Made by a program: the position numbers and the translations under genes
Source of the DNA: Candidatus Krumholzibacteriales bacterium
GTDB taxonomy: Bacteria; Krumholzibacteriota; Krumholzibacteriia; Krumholzibacteriales; WJIX01
Length of the DNA: 64,000 nt
NCBI GenBank assembly: GCA_046483305.1
Contig: JAWODM010000072.1
Location: 1 to 64,000 of the forward strand
Direction: 5' to 3'
In this document: in pieces, positions 27,140 through 36,665 of the stretch
How positions within the stretch are numbered: position 1 is the stretch's first letter
Layout of the letters: every line of letters starts with the position of its first letter
The notes under the pieces: generated by a model
Told to the model about the DNA's origin: nothing
Seen by the model: the letters and a program-made list of their open reading frames with translations, nothing else
Database searches by the model: none

Positions 27140-28487
27140 CGCCTCCCCCTTCCAGCTGCCGAACCGCCTCTGTGAATGTTTCCCCTCTCTCTCTGAAATC
27201 CCGGAACATATCGAAACTGGCGCATGCCGGGGAGAGAACCACCGCCATGCCAGGTTCGCTCATCCGGCGGCATGCCTTTACAGCCTCAGGGATATCTGCG
27301 GCGTGCCGGACCGGAATTCTCCCCTTCACAGCCCTCTCTATCAGTTCCGCCGCCTCGCCTATAAGGACAATATTCCGTATAATCCCCGAAACTGACAGGA
27401 GCTTGGTGTAATCACTGCCCTTATCAAGCCCGCCGGCAATGAGATTAACGGGAACCGGCATCCCCTTCAGGCTCATAACCGTTCCTTCCACATTGGTGGC
27501 TTTCGAATCGTTATAGTAATCGACCCCGTCCAGCCTGCGGACCAGCTCCATCCTGTGCTTCAGGCCGCTGAACCCGGATAGCGCTTCCCTGCAGGCCTTT
27601 CCGCTGACTCCGAATTCACGCGCAGCCGCGACCGCCGCCATGCTGTTCTCGGCATTGTGTATCCCAACCACCTTCAGCTCCGGAAGATCGATTATCTCTT
27701 CCTCAACCTCCCCGTTTTCCACTATCACAATTTTGCCGTCCCTGAGAGCTACGCCGGAGCTCAGGGGAACAGATGATGAGAACGGAATCAGCCTGCCCGG
27801 GAATTCGCGGGCTGCCCCCGAACACCTGGGATCAGCGGCATTATAGACAAATGAGCTTTCAGTTCCGCAGTTCATGAATATTCTTTCCTTGGCCTTGTAG
27901 TAATCCTCCACGGAATCATACCTGTCCAGGTGATCGGGGGTCATGTTCAGAATCCCCGCTACGCGGGGTTTAAAGTCTGATATCGACTCCAGCTGAAAAC
28001 TGCTCGCTTCCAGTACCAGGATGGTTTCGGCGCCGGCCGATGCCGCCACCGAGCAGAGCGGTTTTCCTATATTTCCGGCAGCGACGGCTTTGAAGCCGCC
28101 GGCCTTCAACACCGACTCGATCATGGAGACGGTGGTAGATTTTCCATTTGTTCCGGTTATGGCGATTATCTCTCCCCGGGCGAACCTGAAACCAAGTTCC
28201 AGTTCGGAAATGACCGGTATGGCCCTGCTCTCCGCCTCCTTTATAATCGGGCGGCTCAGCGGGATCCCGGGGCTGAGAATCACCTGCTCGCAGCCGTCCA
28301 GCAGGGAATTATCGAAAGGGGCCAGCTTTATTTCCATCCCTTCCATCTCTTCGGGTAGATGAATATCTCCCTTTTCATCCGCGCCTGTCACCTCCGCTCC
28401 TTCCTTCATGAGCAGTTTTGCCGCGGCGATGCCGCTCCTGGCAAGCCCCAGAACAAGAAATCTTGAATTTCTGTAATCCCGTTTCAA
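27126..28487 (-). CDS. murD: UDP-N-acetylmuramoyl-L-alanine--D-glutamate ligase
   Basis: GLARSG, SPGIP, ITGTNGKSTT, EASSFQL, DHLDRY, NDSKATN, SPACASFDMF. Confidence 0.98.
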   Translation of the reverse strand: MKRDYRNSRFLVLGLARSGIAAAKLLMKEGAEVTGADEKGDIHLPEEMEGMEIKLAPFDNSLLDGCEQVILSPGIPLSRPIIKEAESRAIPVISELELGFRFARGEIIAITGTNGKSTTVSMIESVLKAGGFKAVAAGNIGKPLCSVAASAGAETILVLEASSFQLESISDFKPRVAGILNMTPDHLDRYDSVEDYYKAKERIFMNCGTESSFVYNAADPRCSGAAREFPGRLIPFSSSVPLSSGVALRDGKIVIVENGEVEEEIIDLPELKVVGIHNAENSMAAVAAAREFGVSGKACREALSGFSGLKHRMELVRRLDGVDYYNDSKATNVEGTVMSLKGMPVPVNLIAGGLDKGSDYTKLLSVSGIIRNIVLIGEAAELIERAVKGRIPVRHAADIPEAVKACRRMSEPGMAVVLSPACASFDMFRDFRERGETFTEAVRQLEGGGDGQE

Positions 28488-28509
28488 ATCCCGATCCTTT
28501 CGACTCCGA

Positions 28510-29595
28510 TCATCTCAGTTTCAGAGTGGTCATACCAAGCAGCATCAGCAGAGCCGCCACTATCCAGAACCTGACCACGATCTGCTCTTCGGCCCATCCC
28601 ATTAATTCAAAATGGTGGTGCAGGGGCGACATCCTGAAAACTCTTTTGCCCCTCAACCTGTAAGAAACAACCTGTATTATCACTGAGGCGGCCTCCATAA
28701 CGAAAACCCCTCCGATAATTACCAGCAGGAATTCCCTCTTCAGCAGAACCGCTATGGTGCCCAGCGCCCCTCCTATGGCCAGGGACCCGGTATCTCCCAT
28801 GAAGATCCTGGCCGGGTGAGTATTGAACCAGAGGAAGCCGAGAGCGGCGCCCACTACCGACATGCAGTAGATGGAGAGCTCGCCGCTGCCTTTCTGGAAG
28901 AGTATATTGAGATAATCCGCGAACACTGCATGCCCGGCAAGGTATGCCAGAATAGCGAAAGCGACAAACGAGAATGCGGTAACCCCGATGGCGAGTCCAT
29001 CCAGGCCGTCGGTGAGATTTACCGCATTGGAGGTCCCGGTTACCACCAGCATTACAAACGGGACATACAGAATGCCCCAGTCGATATATGTTTCCTTGAA
29101 GAAGGGGACCGCTGTGCCGGTCACATGAGTGTCGGTAAGCGGGCTGAAATAAAGGAACAGGCCCAGTCCGGCGCCGAACAGCAGCTGTCCTATGAGTTTG
29201 TATCTCCCCACCAGCCCCTTGTCATACTTCTTTACCACACTGAGGTAATCGTCCCAGAAGCCGATTATCCCTATCCATACCGTCACCACCAGAACAAGCT
29301 GCACGTAAGCGTTTCTGAGGTCCGCCCATAGAACCGTGGGGATACATATGGCGCAGATTATCAGCACACCCCCCATGGTGGGAGTTCCTTCCTTCCGGGA
29401 ATGGTTCTCCGGCGTGAACGGCCTGATCTTCTGGCCGATCTGCATCCCGCTCAGCCACCTTATCACGCGGGGGCCGAAGATGAAGCTGATAAGCAGGGCC
29501 GTTACAGTGGCGTACGCCGCTCTGAAGGTGATATACCTGAAAACGTTAAAGGCGAAGAAGTACTCTTTCAGGGGATATAGGAGATAGTAAAGCAT
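28510..29595 (-). CDS. mraY: Phospho-N-acetylmuramoyl-pentapeptide transferase
   Basis: GTPTMGG, DDY, NAVNLTDGLDGLA, FMGDTGS, PLHHHFE; start moved to MLYYLL, which overlaps the murF stop. Confidence 0.98.
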   Translation of the reverse strand: MLYYLLYPLKEYFFAFNVFRYITFRAAYATVTALLISFIFGPRVIRWLSGMQIGQKIRPFTPENHSRKEGTPTMGGVLIICAICIPTVLWADLRNAYVQLVLVVTVWIGIIGFWDDYLSVVKKYDKGLVGRYKLIGQLLFGAGLGLFLYFSPLTDTHVTGTAVPFFKETYIDWGILYVPFVMLVVTGTSNAVNLTDGLDGLAIGVTAFSFVAFAILAYLAGHAVFADYLNILFQKGSGELSIYCMSVVGAALGFLWFNTHPARIFMGDTGSLAIGGALGTIAVLLKREFLLVIIGGVFVMEAASVIIQVVSYRLRGKRVFRMSPLHHHFELMGWAEEQIVVRFWIVAALLMLLGMTTLKLR

Positions 29596-30992
29596 CAGCC
29601 CACCCTCTCTCTGCCTGTTTCCCTGAGTTTCTCTATACCGTCTATCACCCTCCACATACCCATATCCCTGGAGCCCTTTACCAGCACCGCATCGCCGTTT
29701 TCCAGCAGCCCGTTGAGGAAATGAGACAGTTTATCGATATTCACGAAATGACTTATTTTCTCGGGAGCTTTGCTTCCTCCCGCCGCCTCGCGGCTGATAA
29801 AGACTGTATCCTCACCCAGGGTAACCAGCCCGTAGACGCCGGCCTTTCCGCAGAACTCGCCCATTTGCCGGTGAAGCTCCCCGCTGGCCTCGCCCAGCTC
29901 CAGCATATCCCCCAGTACCAGCCACCTCCTGCCGCTCACCGGCATTTCCATGAATCCCTCTATGGAGGATTTCAGCGAAAGGGGATTGGAATTGTATGAA
30001 TCGTTTACAAACAGGATCTCATCAACAAGGTATATTATTCCTCTCCTATCCACCGGCCTGAAATTCCTGACCGCCCCGGCGATCTCTCCGGCGCCAACTC
30101 CGGCGCAGGAGGCAGCGGCCGCGGAGGCCGCTATATTGAGAAGGTGGTATCTTCCCGGTATATCGGTTTCCATATCCTCTCCCCCCAATTCGAAACTGTA
30201 CCCCCCGGTATCCTTATTACCGGTAATCTCAATCCTCCAGTCAGCTTCTTCGGAAAAGCCGAAGGTTATAATTTCCCCCTCTACGCTTCCGGAGAGGGTT
30301 TCGAGAAATTTGCTGTCAGCCGGCAGAACCGCCCGGCCGTTCGAGGGCAGAGCCCTCAGCAGCTCCGACTTCGCCCTGGCAACTCCCTCCAGGGAACCGA
30401 AATACTCGAGATGCCCGGGGCCGATATTGGTTATCACGCCTATTTCAGGCCGGGCAATGGAGGCAAGCAGCTCTATCTCCTTCTCATGATTCGCGCCCAT
30501 TTCAACCACTATAACTTCGGTATCCTCCTCCATGGAGAGAATGGTCAGAGGCACACCGATATGGTTATTATAATTTCCCCGTGTGGAATGAACCCGGTAA
30601 CGCTTTGAGAGCATAGCGGTTATCAGTTCCTTGGTCTCAGTTTTACCCGCAGTCCCGGTTATCCCTATACACCTTGCCGCCGAGCCAGACCTGTAATCGG
30701 CTGCCAGTTTCTGAAGAGCCTTCAGAGTATCCTCCACTATGAATACCGGCACTCCGGGTTCCTGCCTGATATTTCCGGCGCCTGAGATCAGGAGCGCTCC
30801 GGCCCCGGATTCGACCGCTTCCTCTATGTAATGATTTCCGCACTTTTTTTCTCCCTCCAGGGCGACGAATATCATCCCCTCGCACCCGGTTCTGGTATCG
30901 ATCGATACACCAGCCACACTTCCTTCCGGTATACCTTTTCCGCGGTACGAACCTTCTCCCAGCGAACCGGCTATCCATGAAAGCTCTAACAT
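29595..30992 (-). CDS. murF: UDP-MurNAc-tripeptide--D-Ala-D-Ala ligase
   Basis: IDTR, GITGTAGKT, NYNNHIGVP, EMGANH, NDSYNSNP, GDMLELG, VKGSR. Confidence 0.97.
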   Translation of the reverse strand: MLELSWIAGSLGEGSYRGKGIPEGSVAGVSIDTRTGCEGMIFVALEGEKKCGNHYIEEAVESGAGALLISGAGNIRQEPGVPVFIVEDTLKALQKLAADYRSGSAARCIGITGTAGKTETKELITAMLSKRYRVHSTRGNYNNHIGVPLTILSMEEDTEVIVVEMGANHEKEIELLASIARPEIGVITNIGPGHLEYFGSLEGVARAKSELLRALPSNGRAVLPADSKFLETLSGSVEGEIITFGFSEEADWRIEITGNKDTGGYSFELGGEDMETDIPGRYHLLNIAASAAAASCAGVGAGEIAGAVRNFRPVDRRGIIYLVDEILFVNDSYNSNPLSLKSSIEGFMEMPVSGRRWLVLGDMLELGEASGELHRQMGEFCGKAGVYGLVTLGEDTVFISREAAGGSKAPEKISHFVNIDKLSHFLNGLLENGDAVLVKGSRDMGMWRVIDGIEKLRETGRERVG

Positions 30993-32464
30993 GCCGGATC
31001 ACCCCTTTTAAGCCGCAGAGCTTTCCGGGCCTCTTCCAGGTCACTGAACCTGACGCGCCGGGTGCCGACAACCAGTACTTCCTCATGGCCCTTTCCGGCC
31101 ACCATAACCAGGTCGCCTCTGCGGGCCTCCTCTATCCCGGCGCGGATCGCTTCCCTTCTGTCCGGTATCACCCGGACCGCGCGGTTCTGTCCGTCAATTC
31201 CTTCCATGATCTCATCTATTATTCTGCCGGGATCCTCGGTCCTGGGATTATCACTGGTAACATATACAGAATCGCTCAGGCGGGCGGCGATCTCGCCCAT
31301 CATAGGCCTCTTGCCCCTGTCGCGGTCGCCTCCGCAGCCGAACACCGTTATCAGCTTTCCCGGTTTCAGTTCTCTGCAGAAGCTCAGAATATTCTCCAGG
31401 GCGTCGGGCGTGTGAGCATAATCCACTACCACCACCGGTTCATCCGCCTCCGATACTACCTGAAACCTCCCCGGAACGTTTTTAACCCGCTCCAGGCCCC
31501 GCTTTATATCATCCGGGGCGATCCCCAGAAGGTATGCGGCCGAGGCTGCCGCCAGCCCGTTGTATATTGAGAAAAGGCCCAGCAGGTTAAGCCTGATATC
31601 CATTATCCATTCCGGGGTGACCAGCTTCATGGAGGTCCCCTGGAGATCAGCCCTCACTTCAGCGGCAGCAAAATCCGCTTCTTCGCTAAGGCCGAAAGAT
31701 ACCTTTCGTCCCCGAAACTCCTCCCCCACCTCCCTGACCAGCCTGTCATCAAAATTGTAAACCAGGCTGCCCTTCTTTCCCGGCCCGTTGGTGAGCGAAT
31801 TGACAAAACCTTTCTTCGCTTCCAGATAATTCTCAAAACTATGGTGATAATTCAGATGATCCCTTGAAATATTGGTGAAAACCCCTATATCGAATTGAGT
31901 TCCGAATATCCTCTTCTGATCGACGCTGTGAGAGCTTACTTCCATTACAACCGCCTTGCATCCTTCACTTCTGAAACTGCTGAGTTTCCGGTTCAGTTCC
32001 AGAGCGGCCGGGGTGGTCCTTCCGCTGTAGGCGATACTGTCGCCGATACCGAACCCCACTGTTCCCAGAATTCCGGTTTTCCCCATTGATCCTTCCAGAA
32101 TCGATTTCAGCATAAAAGCGGTGGAGGTTTTACCATTGGTGCCGGTAATTCCGGCCATGGTCATATCCCGGGAAGGGAAATCCATCAACTTCGCGGCAAG
32201 AAGGGCTGCAGCTTCCCTGCTGTCTTTCACTACCAGCAGGGGAACTCCGATCTCAGATTTCTCTTCGGCTACCACCGCGGCCGCTCCCCTGCTGAGAGCT
32301 TCCTTTATATAATTATGGCCGTCTGACTGAATGCCCCTTACCGCCACAAAGAGCTCTCCCTCTGATACTGACCGGGAATCATCGGATATCCCCCTGATTT
32401 CAACATCCCGGTAATTGAACCTCTCCAGTAATTCAATCTCTTCAATCAACAGCGATAGAAACAA
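30986..32464 (-). CDS. murE: UDP-MurNAc-dipeptide--meso-diaminopimelate ligase
   Basis: DSR, GITGTNGKT, MEVSSH, VDYAHTPD, GCGGDRD, DNPR (the meso-DAP-type motif), AGKGHE. Confidence 0.98.
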   Translation of the reverse strand: MFLSLLIEEIELLERFNYRDVEIRGISDDSRSVSEGELFVAVRGIQSDGHNYIKEALSRGAAAVVAEEKSEIGVPLLVVKDSREAAALLAAKLMDFPSRDMTMAGITGTNGKTSTAFMLKSILEGSMGKTGILGTVGFGIGDSIAYSGRTTPAALELNRKLSSFRSEGCKAVVMEVSSHSVDQKRIFGTQFDIGVFTNISRDHLNYHHSFENYLEAKKGFVNSLTNGPGKKGSLVYNFDDRLVREVGEEFRGRKVSFGLSEEADFAAAEVRADLQGTSMKLVTPEWIMDIRLNLLGLFSIYNGLAAASAAYLLGIAPDDIKRGLERVKNVPGRFQVVSEADEPVVVVDYAHTPDALENILSFCRELKPGKLITVFGCGGDRDRGKRPMMGEIAARLSDSVYVTSDNPRTEDPGRIIDEIMEGIDGQNRAVRVIPDRREAIRAGIEEARRGDLVMVAGKGHEEVLVVGTRRVRFSDLEEARKALRLKRGDPAC

Positions 32465-34561
32465 TTAACCTCTCCCCTTCTCTGCCCCGCCCGAACAGGA
32501 CAATTCATAATTAGACCTGCAGAAGAGCACCACCTTCGACCCGGTGGTCACAATGCTTCCCGGTCCGGGTTTCTGCCTCTTCACCGTTCCATACCCCTTG
32601 ATCTCCATCCTCATACCTCTCTTGATCAGTTCCCTCCTCGCTTCCCTGATGGTGAGTCCCGTAAAATCCGGCAGTTCTATCCTGGTTCCGTCAGCCGGTT
32701 CCTTCCTGAGGAGAACATCGATTACCGCTCCCCTCGGCACCAGGGTTCCCGGGTCGGGATTCTGTGAATAAACCGAGCCATCCGAGCCGCAGCCGTTGAC
32801 TATTATTCCCGCCCGCGCTCCCCGGCGGCATGCCTGAGAAAGATCCATTCTCAGGAGAACAGGAACCTTAACCATATCCTTATCCCGGTTCTCAGGTGGA
32901 ACAACCATGGAGGCCATCCCCGACATCATGTCAGAAGCGAGGCATATCCCCTCTATAACATTCCTGAAGACGGGGGCGGCCGAAACCCCGCCGTAATACA
33001 TCTGCCCTTCCGGTTCATCAAGAAGAACCAGGCATACCACCCTGGGCCGTTCCGCCGGAGCAAAACCAACAAAGCTGGAAACGTATTTGCCGTCAGCGTA
33101 ACCACTATTTCCCGCTTTCTGAGCTGTGCCGGTTTTTCCCGCCACTGAAATGAAATTGGTGGAAGCCCTCCTGCCGGTTCCTTTGACCACCACCTCTCTG
33201 CATAACTTCTTAATCTCATCGCAAACCTCGGGCGAAAGGACTCTCCTGGTCTTTACCGGTTCGATATCCTTAATATTTTCCCCTTCCCTCTCCAACCGTG
33301 CCGCCACCCTTGGCACAAAAAGCTCTCCACCGTTGGCAACCGCGGCATAAGCGCAGAGCATCTGCAGGGGGGTCACCCCGATTTCCTGTCCGATGGCGAT
33401 ACTGGGAAGAGACCTTTCGGTCCAGTGGCGTGGCTCCCGCAGAATCCCCCCGGTTTCCACCGGGAGGTTTACACCGGTCCGGGATCCGAACCCGCAGCGG
33501 AGGACAAACCTGTAGAAGTCATCGCAGTTCCCCATGCATATGGCTTTTATAGTGCATATATTGCTGGAATATACGAATGATTCCCCTACGTTAAGGCTCT
33601 CGTGGGGATGATCGTCCCTGAACAGTCCGAAGTCAAATAGCTTCTCGCCGTTTTCGCCGTCAAATTCATGATTAATATCCACCAGGTCCTTTTCCAGTAT
33701 GTAAGAATACGTTATCAGCTTGAATGTAGAACCGGGTTCATAGAAACAGCTCGAGGAATACAGGATGTGGTTTTTCCTGCCCGGGAAATGCTCCGCCAGG
33801 GCCAGAATGTCTCCGTTGCGCGGGTCGGCTACTATTATGACCCCTCCGGCGGCGCTGTAATCTTTTACCGCCCTCCGGATTTCAAAATCCGCGACCCTCT
33901 GCACATCGGAATCCAGGGTGAGGTAAAGGTCGCTGCCGTCACGGGCATTCTTGCGGGGAGCGCCAATCAGTTTGACCGGCCTGTTAAGGGCGTCCCGGCT
34001 GGTCACCAGCCACCCGTCCTCGCCCCTGAGATAGTCGTCAAAAGTCATTTCAACCCCCCCCACACCTTCCCCCCTGCCGTTAACCATACCTATGAAACTC
34101 CTGTCCACTGAATCGAAAGGAATGATTCTTTCCTGGACCGGATCTAATCTTACTCCCGGCAGGGAAGAGAGCTCTGCCAGGACTTCATCGTCAAGATTCA
34201 GCCTCTTTCTGATAAGTATATACTCCCTGTCCGTCTGCCTGAGGTACCTCTTAATCCTGGAAAGGGGGAGGCCTGATATTTCACTGAGGTATCCGGCGGC
34301 GGGCGCGGGAAAATCAGCGGGTGTAATTCCGACATCGTACATCTGGCAGGTCACCGCCAGCGGATTTCCGTGCCTGTCCAGAATCTGGCCCCGCTTTGCC
34401 CGGAGGACCTTTTTCTCGAACCACTGTTCATTGGCCTTTTTCTCATAAATATCATGATCAATAATCTGGACAAAGACCAGTCTTATAATAATCGTAAATC
34501 CCGCCAGCACTATACCGGCAAGGATCAGAATAAATCTGAATCTGGGAAATCTTCTTTTCAT
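32465..34561 (-). CDS. ftsI: Class B penicillin-binding protein (FtsI/PBP3) with two C-terminal PASTA domains
   Basis: RGQILDRHG, STFK (SxxK), SSN (SxN), KTGT; two repeats of the form P...G....A.......G...Q.P.PG. Confidence 0.93.
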   Translation of the reverse strand: MKRRFPRFRFILILAGIVLAGFTIIIRLVFVQIIDHDIYEKKANEQWFEKKVLRAKRGQILDRHGNPLAVTCQMYDVGITPADFPAPAAGYLSEISGLPLSRIKRYLRQTDREYILIRKRLNLDDEVLAELSSLPGVRLDPVQERIIPFDSVDRSFIGMVNGRGEGVGGVEMTFDDYLRGEDGWLVTSRDALNRPVKLIGAPRKNARDGSDLYLTLDSDVQRVADFEIRRAVKDYSAAGGVIIVADPRNGDILALAEHFPGRKNHILYSSSCFYEPGSTFKLITYSYILEKDLVDINHEFDGENGEKLFDFGLFRDDHPHESLNVGESFVYSSNICTIKAICMGNCDDFYRFVLRCGFGSRTGVNLPVETGGILREPRHWTERSLPSIAIGQEIGVTPLQMLCAYAAVANGGELFVPRVAARLEREGENIKDIEPVKTRRVLSPEVCDEIKKLCREVVVKGTGRRASTNFISVAGKTGTAQKAGNSGYADGKYVSSFVGFAPAERPRVVCLVLLDEPEGQMYYGGVSAAPVFRNVIEGICLASDMMSGMASMVVPPENRDKDMVKVPVLLRMDLSQACRRGARAGIIVNGCGSDGSVYSQNPDPGTLVPRGAVIDVLLRKEPADGTRIELPDFTGLTIREARRELIKRGMRMEIKGYGTVKRQKPGPGSIVTTGSKVVLFCRSNYELSCSGGAEKGRG

Positions 34562-34965
34562 TCTCTACCTGCACTGCTGTTCGAGACAAACTGGCTCCCG
34601 GCAAGATTATTTTCAGCTCTTCTGTCTCTGAACAGCCTCTGGTTCCTTTCCTGAGTCAAATCAGCTATACTGTGAGACGAACCTCTCTTCATACCCAGTT
34701 TCAGGGCCCTGGGTATAATCCTCTCCGGTTTTATCAACCGGTTATATTCAACGGTAAGCTTTATATTCTCCTTCCGCAGGGATCTCATCTCCCTGGTGCA
34801 GCTGTTTATCCTCTCCGAGAGTGAGCTGCAGTATACCTGCATATAGATGTAGAGGAGGCTCAGACTGGCTATAAAACCCAGAAGGACCAGAAAATTGAAC
34901 GGGGTTATCTTACCGGTCAGAATTCTCTGTACTATTCCTGATATGCTGATTTTATTCGCCTTCAT
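34558..34965 (-). CDS. ftsL: Cell division protein FtsL-like
   Basis: Transmembrane helix plus coiled coil and PERI...A..LGM; lies between rsmH and ftsI; start moved to MKANKIS. Confidence 0.75.
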   Translation of the reverse strand: MKANKISISGIVQRILTGKITPFNFLVLLGFIASLSLLYIYMQVYCSSLSERINSCTREMRSLRKENIKLTVEYNRLIKPERIIPRALKLGMKRGSSHSIADLTQERNQRLFRDRRAENNLAGSQFVSNSSAGRE

Positions 34966-35881
34966 TACGAATCCTCTCTGCTGCGCGCAATCTGGCGCTC
35001 CTTGCCCTTGAATTTGCTTCAATCTCCTCTTCGGCGGGAGTCACCGGCCTGCCGGTGATAATCCTGAGTTCCGGTTTTTTCCCGCAGCTGCACACCGGGA
35101 AATCGGGAGGGCATATACAGCCCTTTTCCTTCTCCCTGAAAAAACGCTTTACCAGCCGGTCTTCCAGGGAATGATAAGAGATTATCACTATCCTTCCTCC
35201 CGATTTCAGATATCTGAGGGAGCTCCGGAGAAAATCGTCAAGAGAACCTATTTCGTCATTCGCCCAGATTCTCAGAGCCTGAAAGACCCTGGAGAGAGTG
35301 CCGTATAATCTGTGGGGAGGCACCACCCCCGCCACAATATCCCTGAGCTGAAAAGTTTTCTCTATCTTCTGCCTTTCTCTGGCTTCAATGATACTCCTTG
35401 CTATCCGGCCCGGTGTCCTGACCTCCCCGAACTCCTTCAGAACCTCTTTTATCATGCGGGAGTCAGCCGACGTGATGAATTTAATCACTGACCGGCTTCC
35501 GCTTCCCATTGCCATATCGATAGGGCCGTCCTTCATGTAACTGAAACCTCTTTTCTCATCGAAAAGCTGAAAAGATGATATGCCCAGATCCAGAAGAAAT
35601 CCGTCGCATCTGCGCTCTCCGAGGTACTTTCCCGGATCCCTGAAATTTCCCAGGACAAATTCCACTCTGGGCGCGAAACTCTTAAGCCTTTCTCTGGCCA
35701 GGTCGAGCGCCGCTTCGTCCCTGTCTACCCCGATCAGTGTCGCCTTCCTGTTCTCACCCAGTAACCCCAGAGCGTGCCCGCCGGTTCCGAGGGTGCAGTC
35801 TACATACAACCCTTCCGGTTCCGTTACCAGGTAATCCAGGACTTCCCTTTTCATAACCGGCTCGTGAAGCAAGTCAATCAA
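34952..35881 (-). CDS. rsmH: 16S rRNA m4C1402 methyltransferase
   Basis: HEPVM, DCTLGTGGH, DLGISSFQ, FQALRI, ISYHSLEDR, RARSARLR. Confidence 0.98.
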   Translation of the reverse strand: MIDLLHEPVMKREVLDYLVTEPEGLYVDCTLGTGGHALGLLGENRKATLIGVDRDEAALDLARERLKSFAPRVEFVLGNFRDPGKYLGERRCDGFLLDLGISSFQLFDEKRGFSYMKDGPIDMAMGSGSRSVIKFITSADSRMIKEVLKEFGEVRTPGRIARSIIEARERQKIEKTFQLRDIVAGVVPPHRLYGTLSRVFQALRIWANDEIGSLDDFLRSSLRYLKSGGRIVIISYHSLEDRLVKRFFREKEKGCICPPDFPVCSCGKKPELRIITGRPVTPAEEEIEANSRARSARLRAAERIRNEGE

Positions 35882-35962
35882 TCCTCGGGTTCCAGGCTGG
35901 CAATAAAATCCGAAGGAGGGGCTGAGGCCCGCGGGCAGTTCTGTCAGCGTTCCTTCTCCCGA

Positions 35963-36397
35963 TTAATATTCCCAATCCAGTTCATCGAATTCGTCTACTA
36001 TCTTTTCGCTCAGGCTGGCGTATTCCCTGGCAGACCAGATCTCCAGATAGTTCAGCATGCCGATAACATATACCTCCCTTGAATCGCCTATCCTTTCCAG
36101 GAAATTCCGGGGGATTGCTATGCGGCCGGTTTTATCCATCTCCACCTGGCGGGACATCCCGCTGTAGAACCTTACGATTTTCCTTCTCCTGATTCCCCGG
36201 GGAAGATCGTGAAGCCTTCCCTCAACATCATTCTTCCAGCCTTCTATGGGATACAGATTCAGGCAGTTCTCACCGCCAAGGCTGATCATGAACTTATCCG
36301 CATTATCACCGGCGATTAATCTTCGAAATCCAGATGGGATCAGCAGCCTTGATTTCGAATCTATCTTGCATTTATATTCACCTATGAAAGTCGGCAT
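35963..36397 (-). CDS. mraZ: Transcriptional regulator MraZ
   Basis: FIGEY.CKIDSKSRL.IP and MDKTGRIAIP repeats, LEIW; start moved to MPTF (GGAG SD), giving 144 aa. Confidence 0.95.
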   Translation of the reverse strand: MPTFIGEYKCKIDSKSRLLIPSGFRRLIAGDNADKFMISLGGENCLNLYPIEGWKNDVEGRLHDLPRGIRRRKIVRFYSGMSRQVEMDKTGRIAIPRNFLERIGDSREVYVIGMLNYLEIWSAREYASLSEKIVDEFDELDWEY

Positions 36398-36456
36398 ACC
36401 GGCTCCGGAGTCTGCTGAAGATACTATATTCTGCAATCGAGGTCTCACATCAGCAC

Positions 36457-36509
36457 CACACTGCTTCCCACTTTCTCCCACTTTATCCCACATAATCCCA
36501 CATTGTCAA
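36457..36509 (-). promoter_or_regulatory. dcw promoter with MraZ-binding repeats
   Basis: Minus strand TTGACA (36509-36504)-18 nt-TAAAGT, overlapped by four GTGGG units and one GTGTG at an exact 10-nt period. Confidence 0.88.
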
Positions 36510-36665
36510 GGAAAAAAGGGAAAAAAGATAAAAGTTTACCACCGCATAAGGTGTTTATATATAATGACTTACAAGACAGCAATATACAATGTTCAAAAAG
36601 TTGAATTTTTTCTTGATAATTTAAGAGGTATCGCTTTGAAATCTGAACGGATTCACCGCTGACCT

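Noticed and set aside
36398..36493. N-terminal extensions in the ORF track (mraZ; also mraY, ftsL, ribH, ribE and the genes ending at 38144 and 53113)
   Set aside because: The extensions cover promoter DNA or the upstream gene; downstream starts give canonical N-termini, SD spacing or stop/start overlaps.
36547..36571. Imperfect palindrome TAAGTCATT-N7-AACACCTTA upstream of the dcw promoter
   Set aside because: Too degenerate to call as a dif, att or operator site, and no recombinase is nearby; it may be a weak nucleoid-protein site.
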